Below, piece by piece: positions 63,501 through 64,000 of a stretch of DNA of 64,000 nucleotides (its first letter is position 1; each line of letters opens with the position of its first letter). The position numbers and the translations under genes are program-made. Source of the stretch: Oikopleura dioica (Eukaryota; Animalia; Chordata); contig OU015569.1 of assembly GCA_907165135.1 (NCBI GenBank), forward strand, positions 7,502,001 to 7,566,000, read 5' to 3'. Below the pieces are notes generated by a model that made no database searches, was not told the DNA's origin, and saw nothing but the letters and a program-made list of their open reading frames with translations.

Positions 63501-64000
63501 GAGGCTGTGCCCATCAGTGTCACAACGTCGACGGAGGCTATCAATGCTCTTGCGACGTCGGATACAAGCTCCACAACGATCAACGTTCGTGTCTTCCGGT
63601 CAACCGATGCGCGCGAGGAAAGGCTTGTCTAATTATTGATGAGGATCTCCTCTCGACTTATTTTTCCGATATGATTTTGAAATGCCAGCGAAAGATAATG
63701 GCAATTGCGCTCAAAAGTGTATTGTGTTGAACGAACACAGCTTCAAGTGCGACTGTGAAGACGGCTTTGTACTTTCAGAAAATGGACGTAATTGCGAATT
63801 GGAAGATCCTTGCCTGAGAAACAATGCCGGCTGCCAACACAACTGCCAGTCTGTCGGGCAACAAGCAGTCTGTTCCTGCGATGCTGGTTTTCAACTCGGC
63901 CGAGATGGCAAGAAGTGTGTCGACATCGATGAGTGTGCCACTGACAATGGAGGTTGTTCGTTTATGTGCACAAATACAGAGGGCAGCTTCTTCTGTAGCT
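60507..64000 (+). CDS. MEGF6: MEGF6-like secreted protein (signal, EMI domain, EGF and calcium-binding EGF repeats); runs off the window
   Basis: Signal exon MRIRPVQLALATAAIAQQ|gt; EMI PNVCASTKIV...C...WC...|...YSCCAGW; EGF CFHGGYC..CICKNGWTGDRC; repeated DINECEVGNGQCSHQC and DIDECQERNGGCAHQC. Confidence 0.82.

Noticed and set aside
1-64000. CRISPR array, rRNA, snRNA/SL RNA, autonomous transposase or reverse transcriptase
   Set aside because: No regularly spaced repeat-spacer array or diagnostic motif was seen by eye.

Overview
This is gene-dense animal DNA with many 40-90 nt introns, some with non-GT donors, and abundant small inverted-repeat transposons. The most likely source is the appendicularian tunicate Oikopleura, which is an inference from genome style and one lineage-typical protein family. 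Supported genes, left to right: two tandem astacin metalloproteases (+); tRNA-Leu(AAG) (-); a co-oriented minus-strand run of a candidate CARD/death-domain adaptor, a two-pore K+ channel, an aldo-keto reductase and a TRPM2-like channel with a NUDT9-H domain; a BPNT2/IMPAD1-type PAP phosphatase (+); a small secreted precursor (-); an SLC26 anion transporter (-); a lineage-type secreted protein (-); an outer-arm beta-type axonemal dynein heavy chain (+, about 14 kb, with two apparent 1-nt frameshifts in A5 runs); and the 5' part of a MEGF6-like EMI/EGF gene (+). Several unidentified multi-exon genes are also likely. Mobile DNA comprises a 638-bp near-perfect foldback element (plus a partial second copy at the window start), a piggyBac-geometry MITE and two GG..CC/TTAA MITEs. 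The most interesting leads are a TRPM2 with an ancestral-type pore but a degenerate Nudix box, a foldback element apparently inserted in a coding exon, GA-AG/GG-AG introns, and a CARD+death-domain adaptor candidate. No CRISPR array, rRNA or prokaryotic-type system was seen. Exon boundaries were inferred by eye without transcript data.
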